Assembly (NCBI GenBank): GCA_964016885.1
Contig: OZ024744.1
Span: 122,202,001-122,266,000, forward strand
Source of the DNA: Eledone cirrhosa
Lineage: Eukaryota
Length of the DNA stretch: 64,000 nucleotides
Direction of reading: 5' to 3'
The notes beneath the pieces are model-generated. The model was given only the letters and a program-made list of their open reading frames with translations, was not told where the DNA came from and searched no databases. Every line of letters begins with the position of its first letter. The stretch's first letter is position 1. The position numbers were made by a program, and so were the translations under genes. Below are positions 15,101-29,600 of this stretch, one piece after another.

Positions 15101-18100
15101 TCTCTTCACAACATCCATCACTACATCTGTTCCTCTCACCCAGTCACTTTTATACTTCCTCAACACATGACCCAACCATCTCACACTATCTCTCTTCACA
15201 ACATCCATCACTACCTCGGTTCCTCTCAACCAGTCACTTTCATCCTTCCTCAACACATAACCCAACCATCTCACACTATCTCTCTTCACAACATCCATCA
15301 CTACCTCTATTCCTCACACCCAGTCAGTTTCATACTTCCTCAACAGATGACCTAACCATCTCACATTATCTCTCTTCACAACATCCATCACTACCTCTAT
15401 TCCTCTCACCCAGTCACTTTCATACTTCCTCAACACATGACCCAACCATCTCACACTATCTCTCTTCACAACATCCATCACTACCTCTATTCCTCTCAGC
15501 CAGTCACTTTCATACTTCCTCAACACATGACCCAACCATCTCACACTATCTCTCTTCACAACATCCATCACTACCTCTATTCCTCTCACCCAGTCACTTT
15601 CATACTTCCTCAACACATGACCTAACCATCTCACACTATCTCTCTTCACAACATCCATCACTACCTCTATTCCTCTCACCCAGTCACTTTCATACTTCCT
15701 CAACACATGACCCAACCATCTCACACTATCTCTCTTCACAACATCCATCACTACCTCTATTCCTCTCACCCAGTCACTTTCATACTTCCTCAACACATGA
15801 CCCAAACATCTCACACTATCTCTCTTCACAACATCCATCACTACCTCTATTCCTCTCACCCAGTCACTTTCATACTTCCTCAACACATGACCCAACCATC
15901 TCACACTATCTCTCTTCACAACATCCATCACTACCTCTATTCCTCTCACCCAGTCACTTTCATACTTCCTCAACACATGACCTAACCATCTCACACTATC
16001 TCTCTTCACAACATCCATCACTACCTCTATTCCTCTCACCCAGTCACTTTTATCTTTCCTCAGCACATGACCCAACTATCTCACACTATCTCTCTTCACA
16101 ACATCCATCACTACCTCTATTCCTCTCACCCAGTCACTTTTATCCTTCCTCAACACATGACCCAACCATCTCACACTATTTCTCTTCACAACATCCATCA
16201 CTACCTCTATTCCTATCAGCCAGTCACTTTTATCCTTCCTCAACACATGACCCAACCATCTCACACTATCTCTCTTCACAACATCCATCACTACCTCTAT
16301 TCCTCTCACCCAGTCACTTTCATACTTCCTCAACACATGACCCACCTATCTCACACTATCTCTCTTCACAACATCCATCACTACCTCTATTCCCCTCACC
16401 CAGTCACTTTCATACTGCCTCAACACATAACCCAACAATCTCTCACTATCTCTCTTCACAACATCCATCACTACCTCTATTCCTCTCACCCAGTCACTTT
16501 CATACTTCCTCAACACATGACCCAACCATCTCACACTATCTCTCTTCACAACATCCATCACTACATCTATTCCTCACACCCAGTCACTTTTATCCTTCCT
16601 CAACACATGACCCAACCATCTCACACTATCTCTCTTCACAACATCCATCACTACCTCTATTCCTCTCACCCAGTCAGTTTTATCCTTCCTCAACACATGA
16701 CCAAACCATCTCACACTATCTCTCTTCACAACATCCATCACTACCTCTATTCCTCACACCCAGTCACTTTTATCCTTCCTCAACACATGACCCAACCATC
16801 TCACACTATCTCTCTTCACAACATCCATCACTACCTCTATTCGTCTCACCCAGTCACTTTCATACTTCCTCAACACATGACCCACCTATCTCACACTATC
16901 TCTCTTCACAACATCCATCACTACCTCTATTCCCCTCACCCAGTCACTTTCATACTGCCTCAACACATGACCCAACAATCTCTCACTATCTCTCTTCACA
17001 ACATCCATCACTACCTCTATTCCTCTCACCCAGTCACTTTCATACTTCCTCAACACATGACCCAAACATCTCACACTATCTCTCTTCACAACATCCATCA
17101 CTACCTCTATTCCTCTCACCCAGTCACTTTTATCCTTCCTCAACACATGACCTAACCATCTGACAATATCTCTCTTCACAACATCCTTCACTACATCTGT
17201 TCCTCTCACCCAGTCACTTTTATACTTCCTCAACACATGACCCAACCATCTCACACTATCTCTCTTCACAACATCCATCACTACATTTATTCCTCTCAGC
17301 CAGTCAATTTCATACTGCCTCAACACATGACCCAACCATCTCTCACTATCTCTCTTCACAACATCCATCACTACCTCTATTCCTCTCACCCAGTCACTTT
17401 CATACTTCCTCAACACATGACCCAACCATCTCACACTATCTCTCTTCACAACATCCATCACTACATCTATTCCTCACACCCAGTCACTTTTATCCTTCCT
17501 CAACACATGACCCAACCATCTCACACTATCTCTCTTCACAACATCCATCACTACCTCTATTCCTCTCACCCAGTCACTTTTATACTTCCTCAACACATGA
17601 CCCAACCATCTCACACTATCTCTCTTCACAACATCCATCACTACCTCTATTCCTCTCACCCAGTCACTTTCATACTTCCTCAACACATGACCCAATCATC
17701 TCACACTATCTCTCTTCACAATATCCATCACTACCTCTATTCCTCTCACCCAGTCACTTTTATCCTTCCTCAACACATGACCTAACCATCTGACACTATC
17801 TCTCTTCACAACATCCATCACTACATCTGTTCCTCTCACCCAGTCACTTTTATACTTCCTCAACACATGACCCAACCATCTCACACTATCTCTCTTCACA
17901 ACATCCATCACTACCTCGGTTCCTCTCAACCAGTCACTTTCATCCTTCCTCAACACATAACCCAACCATCTCACACTATCTCTCTTCACAACATCCATCA
18001 CTACCTCTATTCCTCACACCCAGTCAGTTTCATACTTCCTCAACAGATGACCTAACCATCTCACATTATCTCTCTTCACAACATCCATCACTACCTCTAT

Positions 18101-19360
18101 TCCTCTCACCCAGTCACTTTCATACTTCCTCAACACATGACCCAACCATCTCACACTATCTCTCTTCACAACATCCATCACTACCTCTATTCCTCTCAGC
18201 CAGTCACTTTCATACTTCCTCAACACATGACCCAACCATCTCACACTATCTCTCTTCACAACATCCATCACTACCTCTATTCCTCTCACCCAGTCACTTT
18301 CATACTTCCTCAACACATGACCTAACCATCTCATACTATCTCTCTTCACAACATCCATCACTACCTCTATTCCTCTCACCCAGTCACTTTCATACTTCCT
18401 CAACACATGACCCAACCATCTCACACTATCTCTCTTCACAACATCCATCACTACCTCTATTCCTCTCACCCAGTCACTTTCATACTTCCTCAACACATGA
18501 CCCAAACATCTCACACTATCTCTCTTCACAACATCCATCACTACCTCTATTCCTCTCACCCAGTCACTTTCATACTTCCTCAACACATGACCCAACCATC
18601 TCACACTATCTCTCTTCACAACATCCATCACTACCTCTATTCCTCTCACCCAGTCACTTTCATACTTCCTCAACACATGACCTAACCATCTCACACTATC
18701 TCTCTTCACAACATCCATCACTACCTCTATTCCTCTCACCCAGTCACTTTTATCTTTCCTCAGCACATGACCCAACTATCTCACACTATCTCTCTTCACA
18801 ACATCCATCACTACCTCTATTCCTCTCACCCAGTCACTTTTATCCTTCCTCAACACATGACCCAACCATCTCACACTATTTCTCTTCACAACATCCATCA
18901 CTACCTCTATTCCTATCAGCCAGTCACTTTTATCCTTCCTCAACACATGACCCAACCATCTCACACTATCTCTCTTCACAACATCCATCACTACCTCTAT
19001 TCCTCTCACCCAGTCACTTTCATACTTCCTCAACACATGACCCACCTATCTCACACTATCTCTCTTCACAACATCCATCACTACCTCTATTCCCCTCACC
19101 CAGTCACTTTCATACTGCCTCAACACATAACCCAACAATCTCTCACTATCTCTCTTCACAACATCCATCACTACCTCTATTCCTCTCACCCAGTCACTTT
19201 CATACTTCCTCAACACATGACCCAACCATCTCACACTATCTCTCTTCACAACATCCATCACTACATCTATTCCTCACACCCAGTCACTTTTATCCTTCCT
19301 CAACACATGACCCAACCATCTCACACTATCTCTCTTCACAACATCCATCACTACCTCTAT
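13880..19360. repeat. Near-perfect tandem higher-order repeat, period 2700 bp (30 monomers)
   Basis: ORF pairs 14186/16886, 14537/17237, 14996/17696, 15314/18014, 16076/18776 and 16346/19046 are all offset by 2700. Only two differences noticed (cagtaac ~14785 vs cagtcac; tcacac vs tcatac ~18334). Confidence 0.93.
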
Positions 19361-22300
19361 TCGTCTCACCCAGTCACTTTCATACTTCCTCAACACATGA
19401 CCCACCTATCTCACACTATCTCTCTTCACAACATCCATCACTACCTCTATTCCCCTCACCCAGTCACTTTCATACTGCCTCAACACATGACCCAACAATC
19501 TCTCACTATCTCTCTTCACAACATCCATCACTACCTCTATTCCTCTCACCCAGTCACTTTCATACTTCCTCAACACATGACCCAAACATCTCACACTATC
19601 TCTCTTCACAACATCCATCACTACCTCTATTCCTCTCACCCAGTCACTTTATCCTTCCTCAACACATGACCTAACCATCTGACACTATCTCTCTTCACAA
19701 CATCCTTCACTACATCTGTTCCTCTCACCCAGTCACTTTTATACTTCCTCAACACATGACCCAACCATCTCACACTATCTCTCTTCACAACATCCATCAC
19801 TACATTTATTCCTCTCAGCCAGTCAATTTCATACTGCTTCAACACATGACCCAACCATCTCTCACTATCTCTCTTCACAACATCCATCACTACCTCTATT
19901 CCTCTCACCCAGTCACTTTCATACTTCCTCAACACATGACCCAACCATCTCACACTATCTCTCTTCACAACATCCATCACTAGCTCTATTCCTCTCACCC
20001 CGTCACTTTTATCATTCCTCAACACATGACCTAACCATCTCACACTATCTCTCTTCACAACATCCATCACTACCTCTATTCCTCTCACCCAGTCACTTTT
20101 ATACTTCCTCAACACATGACCCAATCATCTCACACTATCTCTCTTCACAATATCCATCACTACCTCTATTCCTCTCACCCAGTCACTTTTATCCTTCCTC
20201 AACACATGACCTAACCATCTGACACTATCTCTCTTCACAACATCCATCACTACATCTGTTCCTCTCACCCAGTCACTTTTATACTTCCTCAACACATGAC
20301 CCAACCATCTCACACTATCTCTCTTCACAACATCCATCACTACCTCGGTTCCTCTCAACCAGTCACTTTCATCCTTCCTCAACACATAACCCAACCATCT
20401 CACACTATCTCTCTTCACAACATCCATCACTACCTCTATTCCTCACACCCAGTCAGTTTCATACTTCCTCAACAGATGACCTAACCATCTCACATTATCT
20501 CTCTTCACAACATCCATCACTACCTCTATTCCTCTCACCCAGTCACTTTCATACTTCCTCAACACATGACCCAACCATCTCACACTATCTCTCTTCACAA
20601 CATCCATCACTACCTCTATTCCTCTCAGCCAGTCACTTTCATACTTCCTCAACACATGACCCAACCATCTCACACTATCTCTCTTCACAACATCCATCAC
20701 TACCTCTATTCCTCTCACCCAGTCACTTTCATACTTCCTCAACACATGACCTAACCATCTCACACTATCTCTCTTCACAACATCCATCACTACCTCTATT
20801 CCTCTCACCCAGTCACTTTCATACTTCCTCAACACATGACCCAACCATCTCACACTATCTCTCTTCACAACATCCATCACTACCTCTATTCCTCTCACCC
20901 AGTCACTTTCATACTTCCTCAACACATGACCCAAACATCTCACACTATCTCTCTTCACAACATCCATCACTACCTCTATTCCTCTCACCCAGTCACTTTC
21001 ATACTTCCTCAACACATGACCCAACCATCTCACACTATCTCTCTTCACAACATCCATCACTACCTCTATTCCTCTCACCCAGTCACTTTCATACTTCCTC
21101 AACACATGACCTAACCATCTCACACTATCTCTCTTCACAACATCCATCACTACCTCTATTCCTCTCACCCAGTCACTTTTATCTTTCCTCAGCACATGAC
21201 CCAACTATCTCACACTATCTCTCTTCACAACATCCATCACTACCTCTATTCCTCTCACCCAGTCACTTTTATCTTTCCTCAGCACATGACCCAACTATCT
21301 CACACTATCTCTCTTCACAACATCCATCACTACCTCTATTCCTCTCACCCAGTCACTTTCATACTTCCTCAACACATGACCCAACCATCTCACACTATCT
21401 CTCTTCACAACATCCATCACTACCTCTATTCCTCTCACCCAGTCACTTTCATACTTCCTCAACACATGACCTAACCATCTCACACTATCTCTCTTCACAA
21501 CATCCATCACTACCTCTATTCCTCTCACCCAGTCACTTTTATCTTTCCTCAGCACATGACCCAACTATCTCACACTATCTCTCTTCACAACATCCATCAC
21601 TACCTCTATTCCTCTCACCCAGTCACTTTTATCCTTCCTCAACACATGACCCAACCATCTCACACTATTTCTCTTCACAACATCCATCACTACCTCTATT
21701 CCTATCAGCCAGTCACTTTTATCCTTCCTCAACACATGACCCAACCATCTCACACTATCTCTCTTCACAACATCCATCACTACCTCTATTCCTCTCACCC
21801 AGTCACTTTCATACTTCCTCAACACATGACCCACCTATCTCACACTATCTCTCTTCACAACATCCATCACTACCTCTATTCCCCTCACCCAGTCACTTTC
21901 ATACTGCCTCAACACATAACCCAACAATCTCTCACTATCTCTCTTCACAACATCCATCACTACCTCTATTCCTCTCACCCAGTCACTTTCATACTTCCTC
22001 AACACATGACCCAACCATCTCACACTATCTCTCTTCACAACATCCATCACTACATCTATTCCTCACACCCAGTCACTTTTATCCTTCCTCAACACATGAC
22101 CCAACCATCTCACACTATCTCTCTTCACAACATCCATCACTACCTCTATTCGTCTCACCCAGTCACTTTCATACTTCCTCAACACATGACCCACCTATCT
22201 CACACTATCTCTCTTCACAACATCCATCACTACCTCTATTCCCCTCACCCAGTCACTTTCATACTGCCTCAACACATGACCCAACAATCTCTCACTATCT

Positions 22301-23600
22301 CTCTTCACAACATCCATCACTACCTCTATTCCTCTCACCCAGTCACTTTCATACTTCCTCAACACATGACCCAAACATCTCACACTATCTCTCTTCACAA
22401 CATCCATCACTACCTCTATTCCTCTCACCCAGTCACTTTATCCTTCCTCAACACATGACCTAACCATCTGACACTATCTCTCTTCACAACATCCTTCACT
22501 ACATCTGTTCCTCTCACCCAGTCACTTTTATACTTCCTCAACACATGACCCAACCATCTCACACTATCTCTCTTCACAACATCCATCACTACATTTATTC
22601 CTCTCAGCCAGTCAATTTCATACTGCTTCAACACATGACCCAACCATCTCTCACTATCTCTCTTCACAACATCCATCACTACCTCTATTCCTCTCACCCA
22701 GTCACTTTCATACTTCCTCAACACATGACCCAACCATCTCACACTATCTCTCTTCACAACATCCATCACTAGCTCTATTCCTCTCACCCCGTCGCTTTTA
22801 TCATTCCTCAACACATGACCTAACCATCTCACACTATCTCTCTTCACAACATCCATCACTACCTCCATTCCTCTCACCCAGTCACTTTTATACTTCCTCA
22901 ACACATGACCCAATCATCTCACACTATCTCTCTTCACAATATCCATCACTACCTCTATTCCTCTCACCCAGTCACTTTTATCCTTCCTCAACACATGACC
23001 TAACCATCTGACACTATCTCTCTTCACAACATCCATCACTACATCTGTTCCTCTCACCCAGTCACTTTTATACTTCCTCAACACATGACCCAACCATCTC
23101 ACACTATCTCTCTTCACAACATCCATCACTACCTCGGTTCCTCTCAACCAGTCACTTTCATCCTTCCTCAACACATAACCCAACCATCTCACACTATCTC
23201 TCTTCACAACATCCATCACTACCTCTATTCCTCACACCCAGTCAGTTTCATACTTCCTCAACAGATGACCTAACCATCTCACATTATCTCTCTTCACAAC
23301 ATCCATCACTACCTCTATTCCTCTCACCCAGTCACTTTCATACTTCCTCAACACATGACCCAACCATCTCACACTATCTCTCTTCACAACATCCATCACT
23401 ACCTCTATTCCTCTCAGCCAGTCACTTTCATACTTCCTCAACACATGACCCAACCATCTCACACTATCTCTCTTCACAACATCCATCACTACCTCTATTC
23501 CTCTCACCCAGTCACTTTCATACTTCCTCAACACATGACCTAACCATCTCACACTATCTCTCTTCACAACATCCATCACTACCTCTATTCCTCTCACCCA
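18700..23600. repeat. Higher-order tandem repeat, period 2789 bp (31 monomers - 1 bp), derivative of the 30-mer
   Basis: ORF pairs 18767/21556, 19406/22195, 19636/22425 and 20125/22914 are offset by 2789. Both copies share a 1-bp deletion in the T-run (~19650, ~22439) and the variant actgcttc. Confidence 0.9.
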
Positions 23601-23669
23601 GTCACTTTTATCCTTCCTCAACACATGACCCAACCATCTCACACTATCTCTCTTCACAACATCCATCAC

Positions 23670-26600
23670 TACCTCTATTCCTCTCACCCAGTCACTTTCA
23701 TACTTCCTCAACACATGACCTAACCATCTCACACTATCTCTCTTCACAACATCCATCACTACCTTTATTCCTCTCACCCAGTCACTTTTATCTTTCCTCA
23801 GCACATGACCCAACTATCTCACACTATCTCTCTTCACAACATCCATCACTACCTCTATTCCTCTCACCCAGTCACTTTTATCCTTCCTCAACACATGACC
23901 CAACCATCTCACACTATCTCTCTTCACAACATCCATCACTACCTCTATTCCTATCAGCCAGTCACTTTTATCCTTCCTCAACCTATGACCCAACCATCTC
24001 ACACTATCTCTCTTCACAACATCCATCACTACCTCTATTCCTCTCACCCAGTCACTTTTATCCTTCCTCAACACATGACCCAACCATCTCACACTATTTC
24101 TCTTCACAACATCCATCACTACCTCTATTCCTCTCACCCAGTCACTTTTATCCTTCCTCAACACATGACCTAACCATCTCACACTATCTCTCTTCACAAC
24201 ATCCATCACTACCTCTATTCCTCTCACCAAGTCACTTTCATACTGCCTCAACACATAACCCAACAATCTCTCACTATCTCTCTTCACAACATCCATCACT
24301 ACATTTATTCCTCTCAGCCAGTCAATTTCATACTGCCTCAACACATGACCCAACCATCTCTCACTATCTCTCTTCACAACATCCATCACTACCTCTATTC
24401 CTCTCACCCAGTCACTTTCATACTTCCTCAACACATGACCCAACCATCTCACACTATCTCTCTTCACAACATCCATCACTAGCTCTATTCCTCTCACCCC
24501 GTCACTTTTATCATTCCTCAACACATGACCTAACCATCTCACACTATCTCTCTTCACAACATCCATCACTACCTCTATTCCTCTCACCCAGTCACTTTTA
24601 TACTTCCTCAACACATGACCCAACCATCTCACACTATCTCTCTTCACAACATCCATCACTACCTCTATTCCTCTCACCCAGTCACTTTCATACTTCCTCA
24701 ACACATGACCCAATCATCTCACACTATCTCTCTTCACAATATCCATCACTACCTCTATTCCTCTCACCCAGTCACTTTTATCCTTCCTCAACACATGACC
24801 TAACCATCTGACACTATCTCTCTTCACAACATCCATCACTACATCTGTTCCTCTCACCCAGTCACTTTTATACTTCCTCAACACATGACCCAACCATCTC
24901 ACACTATCTCTCTTCACAACATCCATCACTACCTCGGTTCCTCTCAACCAGTCACTTTCATCCTTCCTCAACACATAACCCAACCATCTCACACTATCTC
25001 TCTTCACAACATCCATCACTACCTCTATTCCTCACACCCAGTCAGTTTCATACTTCCTCAACAGATGACCTAACCATCTCACATTATCTCTCTTCACAAC
25101 ATCCATCACTACCTCTGTTCCTCTCACCCAGTCACTTTAATACTTCCTCAACACATGACCTAACCATCTCACACTATCTCTCTTCACAACATCCATCACT
25201 ACCTCTATTCCTCTCAGCCAGTCACTTTCATACTTCCTCAACACATGACCCAACCATCTCACACTATCTCTCTTCACAACATCCATCACTACCTCTATTC
25301 CTCTCACCCAGTCACTTTCATACTTCCTCAACACATGACCTAACCATCTCACACTATCTCTCTTCACAACATCCATCACTACCTCTATTCCTCTCACCCA
25401 GTCACTTTCATACTTCCTCAACACATGACCTAACCATCTCACACTATCTCTCTTCACAACATCCATCACTACCTCTATTCCTCTCACCCAGTCACTTTCA
25501 TACTTCCTCAACACATGACCTAACCATCTCACACTATCTCTCTTCACAACATCCATCACTACCTTTATTCCTCTCACCCAGTCACTTTTATCTTTCCTCA
25601 GCACATGACCCAACTATCTCACACTATCTCTCTTCACAACATCCATCACTACCTCTATTCCTCTCACCCAGTCACTTTTATCCTTCCTCAACACATGACC
25701 CAACCATCTCACACTATCTCTCTTCACAACATCCATCACTACCTCTATTCCTATCAGCCAGTCACTTTTATCCTTCCTCAACCTATGACCCAACCATCTC
25801 ACACTATCTCTCTTCACAATATCCATCACTACCTCTATTCCTCTCACCCAGTCACTTTTATCCTTCCTCAACACATGACCTAACCATCTGACACTATCTC
25901 TCTTCACAACATCCATCACTACATCTGTTCCTTTCACCCAGTCACTTTTATACTTCCTCAACACATGACCCAACCATCTCACACTATCTCTCTTCACAAC
26001 ATCCATCACTACCTCGGTTCCTCTCAACCAGTCACTTTTATCCTTCCTCAACACATAACCCAACCATCTCACACTATCTCTCTTCACAACATCCATCACT
26101 ACCTCTATTCCTCACACCCAGTCAGTTTCATACTTCCTCAACAGATGACCTAACCAACTCACATCATCTCTCTTCACAACATCCATCACTACCTCTGTTC
26201 CTCTCACCCAGTCACTTTAATACTTCCTCAACACATGACCTAACCATCTCACACTATCTCTCTTCACAACGTCCATCACTACCTCTATTCCTCTCACCCA
26301 GTCACTTTCATACTTCCTCAACACATGACCCAACCATCTCACACTATCTCTCTTCACAACATCCATCACTACCTCTATTCCTCTCAGCCAATCACTTTCA
26401 TACTTCCTCAACACATGACCCAACCATCTCACACTATCTCTCTTCACAACATCCATCACTACCTCTATTCCTCTCACCCAGTCACTTTTATCCTTCCTCA
26501 ACACATGACCTAACCATCTCAAACTATCTCTCTTCACAACATCCATCACTACTTCTATTCCTCTCACCCAGTCACTTTTATACTTCCTCAACACATGACC

Positions 26601-29600
26601 CAAGCATCTCACACTATCTCTCTTCACAATATCCATCACTACCTCTATTCCTCTCACCCAGTCTCTTTTATCCTTCCTCAACACATGACCCAACCATCTC
26701 ACACTCTCTCTCTTCACAACATCCATCACTACCTCTGTTCCTCTCACCCAGTCACTTTCATACTTCCTCAACACATGACCTAACCATCTCACACTATCTC
26801 TCTTCACAACATCCATCACTACCTCTATTCCTCTCACCCAGTCACTTTCATACTTCCTCGACACATGTCCCAACCATCTCACACTATCTCTCTTCACAAC
26901 ATCCATCACTACCTCTATTCCTCTCACCCAGTCACTTTCATACTTCCTCAACACATGACCTAACCATCTCACACTATCTCCCTTCACAACATCCATCACT
27001 ACCTCTATTCCTCTCACCCAGTCACTTTTATCTTTCCTCAACACATGACCCAACTATCTCACACTATCTCTCTTCACAACATCCATCACTACCTCTATTC
27101 CTCTCACCCAGTCACATTTATCCTTCCTCAACACTTGACCCAACCATCTCACACTATCTCTCTTCACAACATCCATCACTACCTCTATTCCTATCAGCCA
27201 GTCACTTTTATCATTCCTCAACACATGACCCAACCATATCACACTATCTCTCTTCACAACATCCATCACCACCTCTATTCCTCTCACCCAGTCACTTTTA
27301 TCCGTCCTCAACACATGACCCAACCATCTCACACTATCTCTCTTCACAACATCCATCACCACCTCTATTCCTCTCACCCAGTCACTTTTATCCTTCCTCA
27401 ACACATGACCTAACCATCTCAAACTATCTCTCTTCACAACATCCATCACTACCTCTATTCCTCTCACCCAGTCACTTTTATCTTTCCTCAACGCATGACC
27501 CAACCATCTCTCACTATCTCTCTTCACAACATCCATCACTAACTCTATTCCTCTCAGCCAGTCACTTTCATACTTCCTCAACACATGACCCAACCATCTC
27601 ACACTCTCTCTCTTCACAACATCCATCACTACCTCTGTTCCTCTCACCCAGTCACTTTCATACTTCCTCAACACATGACCTAACCATCTCACACTATCTC
27701 TCTTCACAACATCCATCACTACCTCTATTCCTCTCACCCAGTCACTTTCATACTTCCTCGACACATGTCCCAACCATCTCACACTATCTCTCTTCACAAC
27801 ATCCATCACTACATTTATTCCTCTCAGCCAGTCAATTTCATACTGCCTCAACACATGACCCAACCATCTCTCACTATCTCTCTTCACAACATCCATCACT
27901 ACCTCTATTCCTCTCACCCAGTCACTTTCATACTTCCTTAACACATGACCCAAGCATCTCACACTATCTCTCTTCACAACATCCATCACTACCTCTAATC
28001 CTCTCACCCAGTCACTTTTATCCTTCCTCAACACATGACCTAACCATCTGACACTATCTCTCTTCACAACATCCATCACTACATCTGTTCCTCTCACCCA
28101 GTCACTTTTATACTTCCTCAACACATGACCCAACCATCTCACACTATCTCTCTTCACAACATCCATCACTACCTCGGTTCCTCTCAACCAGTCACTTTTA
28201 TCCTCCCTCAACACATAACCCAACCATCTCACACTATCTCTCTTCACAACATCCATCACTACCTCTATTCCTCACACCCTGTCAGTTTCATACTTCCTCA
28301 ACAGATGACCTAACCATCTCACATTATCTCTCTTCACAACATCCATCACTACCTCTGTTCCTCTCACACAGTCACTTTAATACTTCCTCAACACATGACC
28401 TAACCATCTCACACTATCTCTCTTCACAACGTCCATCACTACCTCTATTCCTCTCACCCAGTCACTTTCATACTTCCTCAACACATGACCCAACCATCTC
28501 ACACTATCTCTCTTCACAACATCCATCACTACCTCTATTCCTCTCAGCCAGTCACTTTCATACTTCCTCAACACATGACCCAACCATCTCACACTATCTC
28601 TCTTCACAACATCCATCACTACCTCTGTTCCTCTCACCCAGTCACTTTCATACTTCCTCAACACATGACCTAACCATCTCACACTATCTCTCTTCACAAC
28701 GTCCATCACTACCTCTATTCCTCTCACCCAGTCACTTTCATACTTCCTCAACACATGACCCAACCATCTCACACTATCTCTCTTCACAACATCCATCACT
28801 ACCTCTATTCCTCTCACCCAGTCACTTTTATCCTTCCTCAACACATGACCCAACCATCTCACACTCTCTCTCTTCACAACATCCATCACTACCTCTGTTC
28901 CTCTCACCCAGTCACTTTCATACTTCCTCAACACATGACGTAACCATCTCACACTATCTCTCTTCACAACATCCATCACTACCTCTATTACTCTCACCCA
29001 GTCACTTTCATACTTCCTCAACACATGACCCAACCATCTCACACTATCTCTCTTCACAACATCCATCACTACCTCTATTCCTCTCACCCAGTCACTTTCA
29101 TACTTCCTCAACACATGACCTAACCATCTCACACTATCTCTCTTCACAACATCCATCACTACCTTTATTCCTCTCACCCAGTCACTTTTATCTTTCCTCA
29201 GCACATGACCCAACTATCTCACACTATCTCTCTTCACAACATCCATCACTACCTCTATTCCTCTCACCCAGTCACTTTTATCCTTCCTCAACACATGACC
29301 CAACCATCTCACACTATCTCTCTTCACAACATCCATCACTACCTCTATTCCTATCAGCCAGTCACTTTTATCCTTCCTCAACCTATGACCCAACCATCTC
29401 ACACTATCTCTCTTCACAACATCCATCACTACCTCTATTCCTCTCACCCAGTCACTTTTATCCTTCCTCAACACATGACCCAACCATCTCACACTATTTC
29501 TCTTCACAACATCCATCACTACCTCTATTCCTCTCACCCAGTCACTTTTATCCTTCCTCAACACATGACCTAACCATCTCACACTATCTCTCTTCACAAC

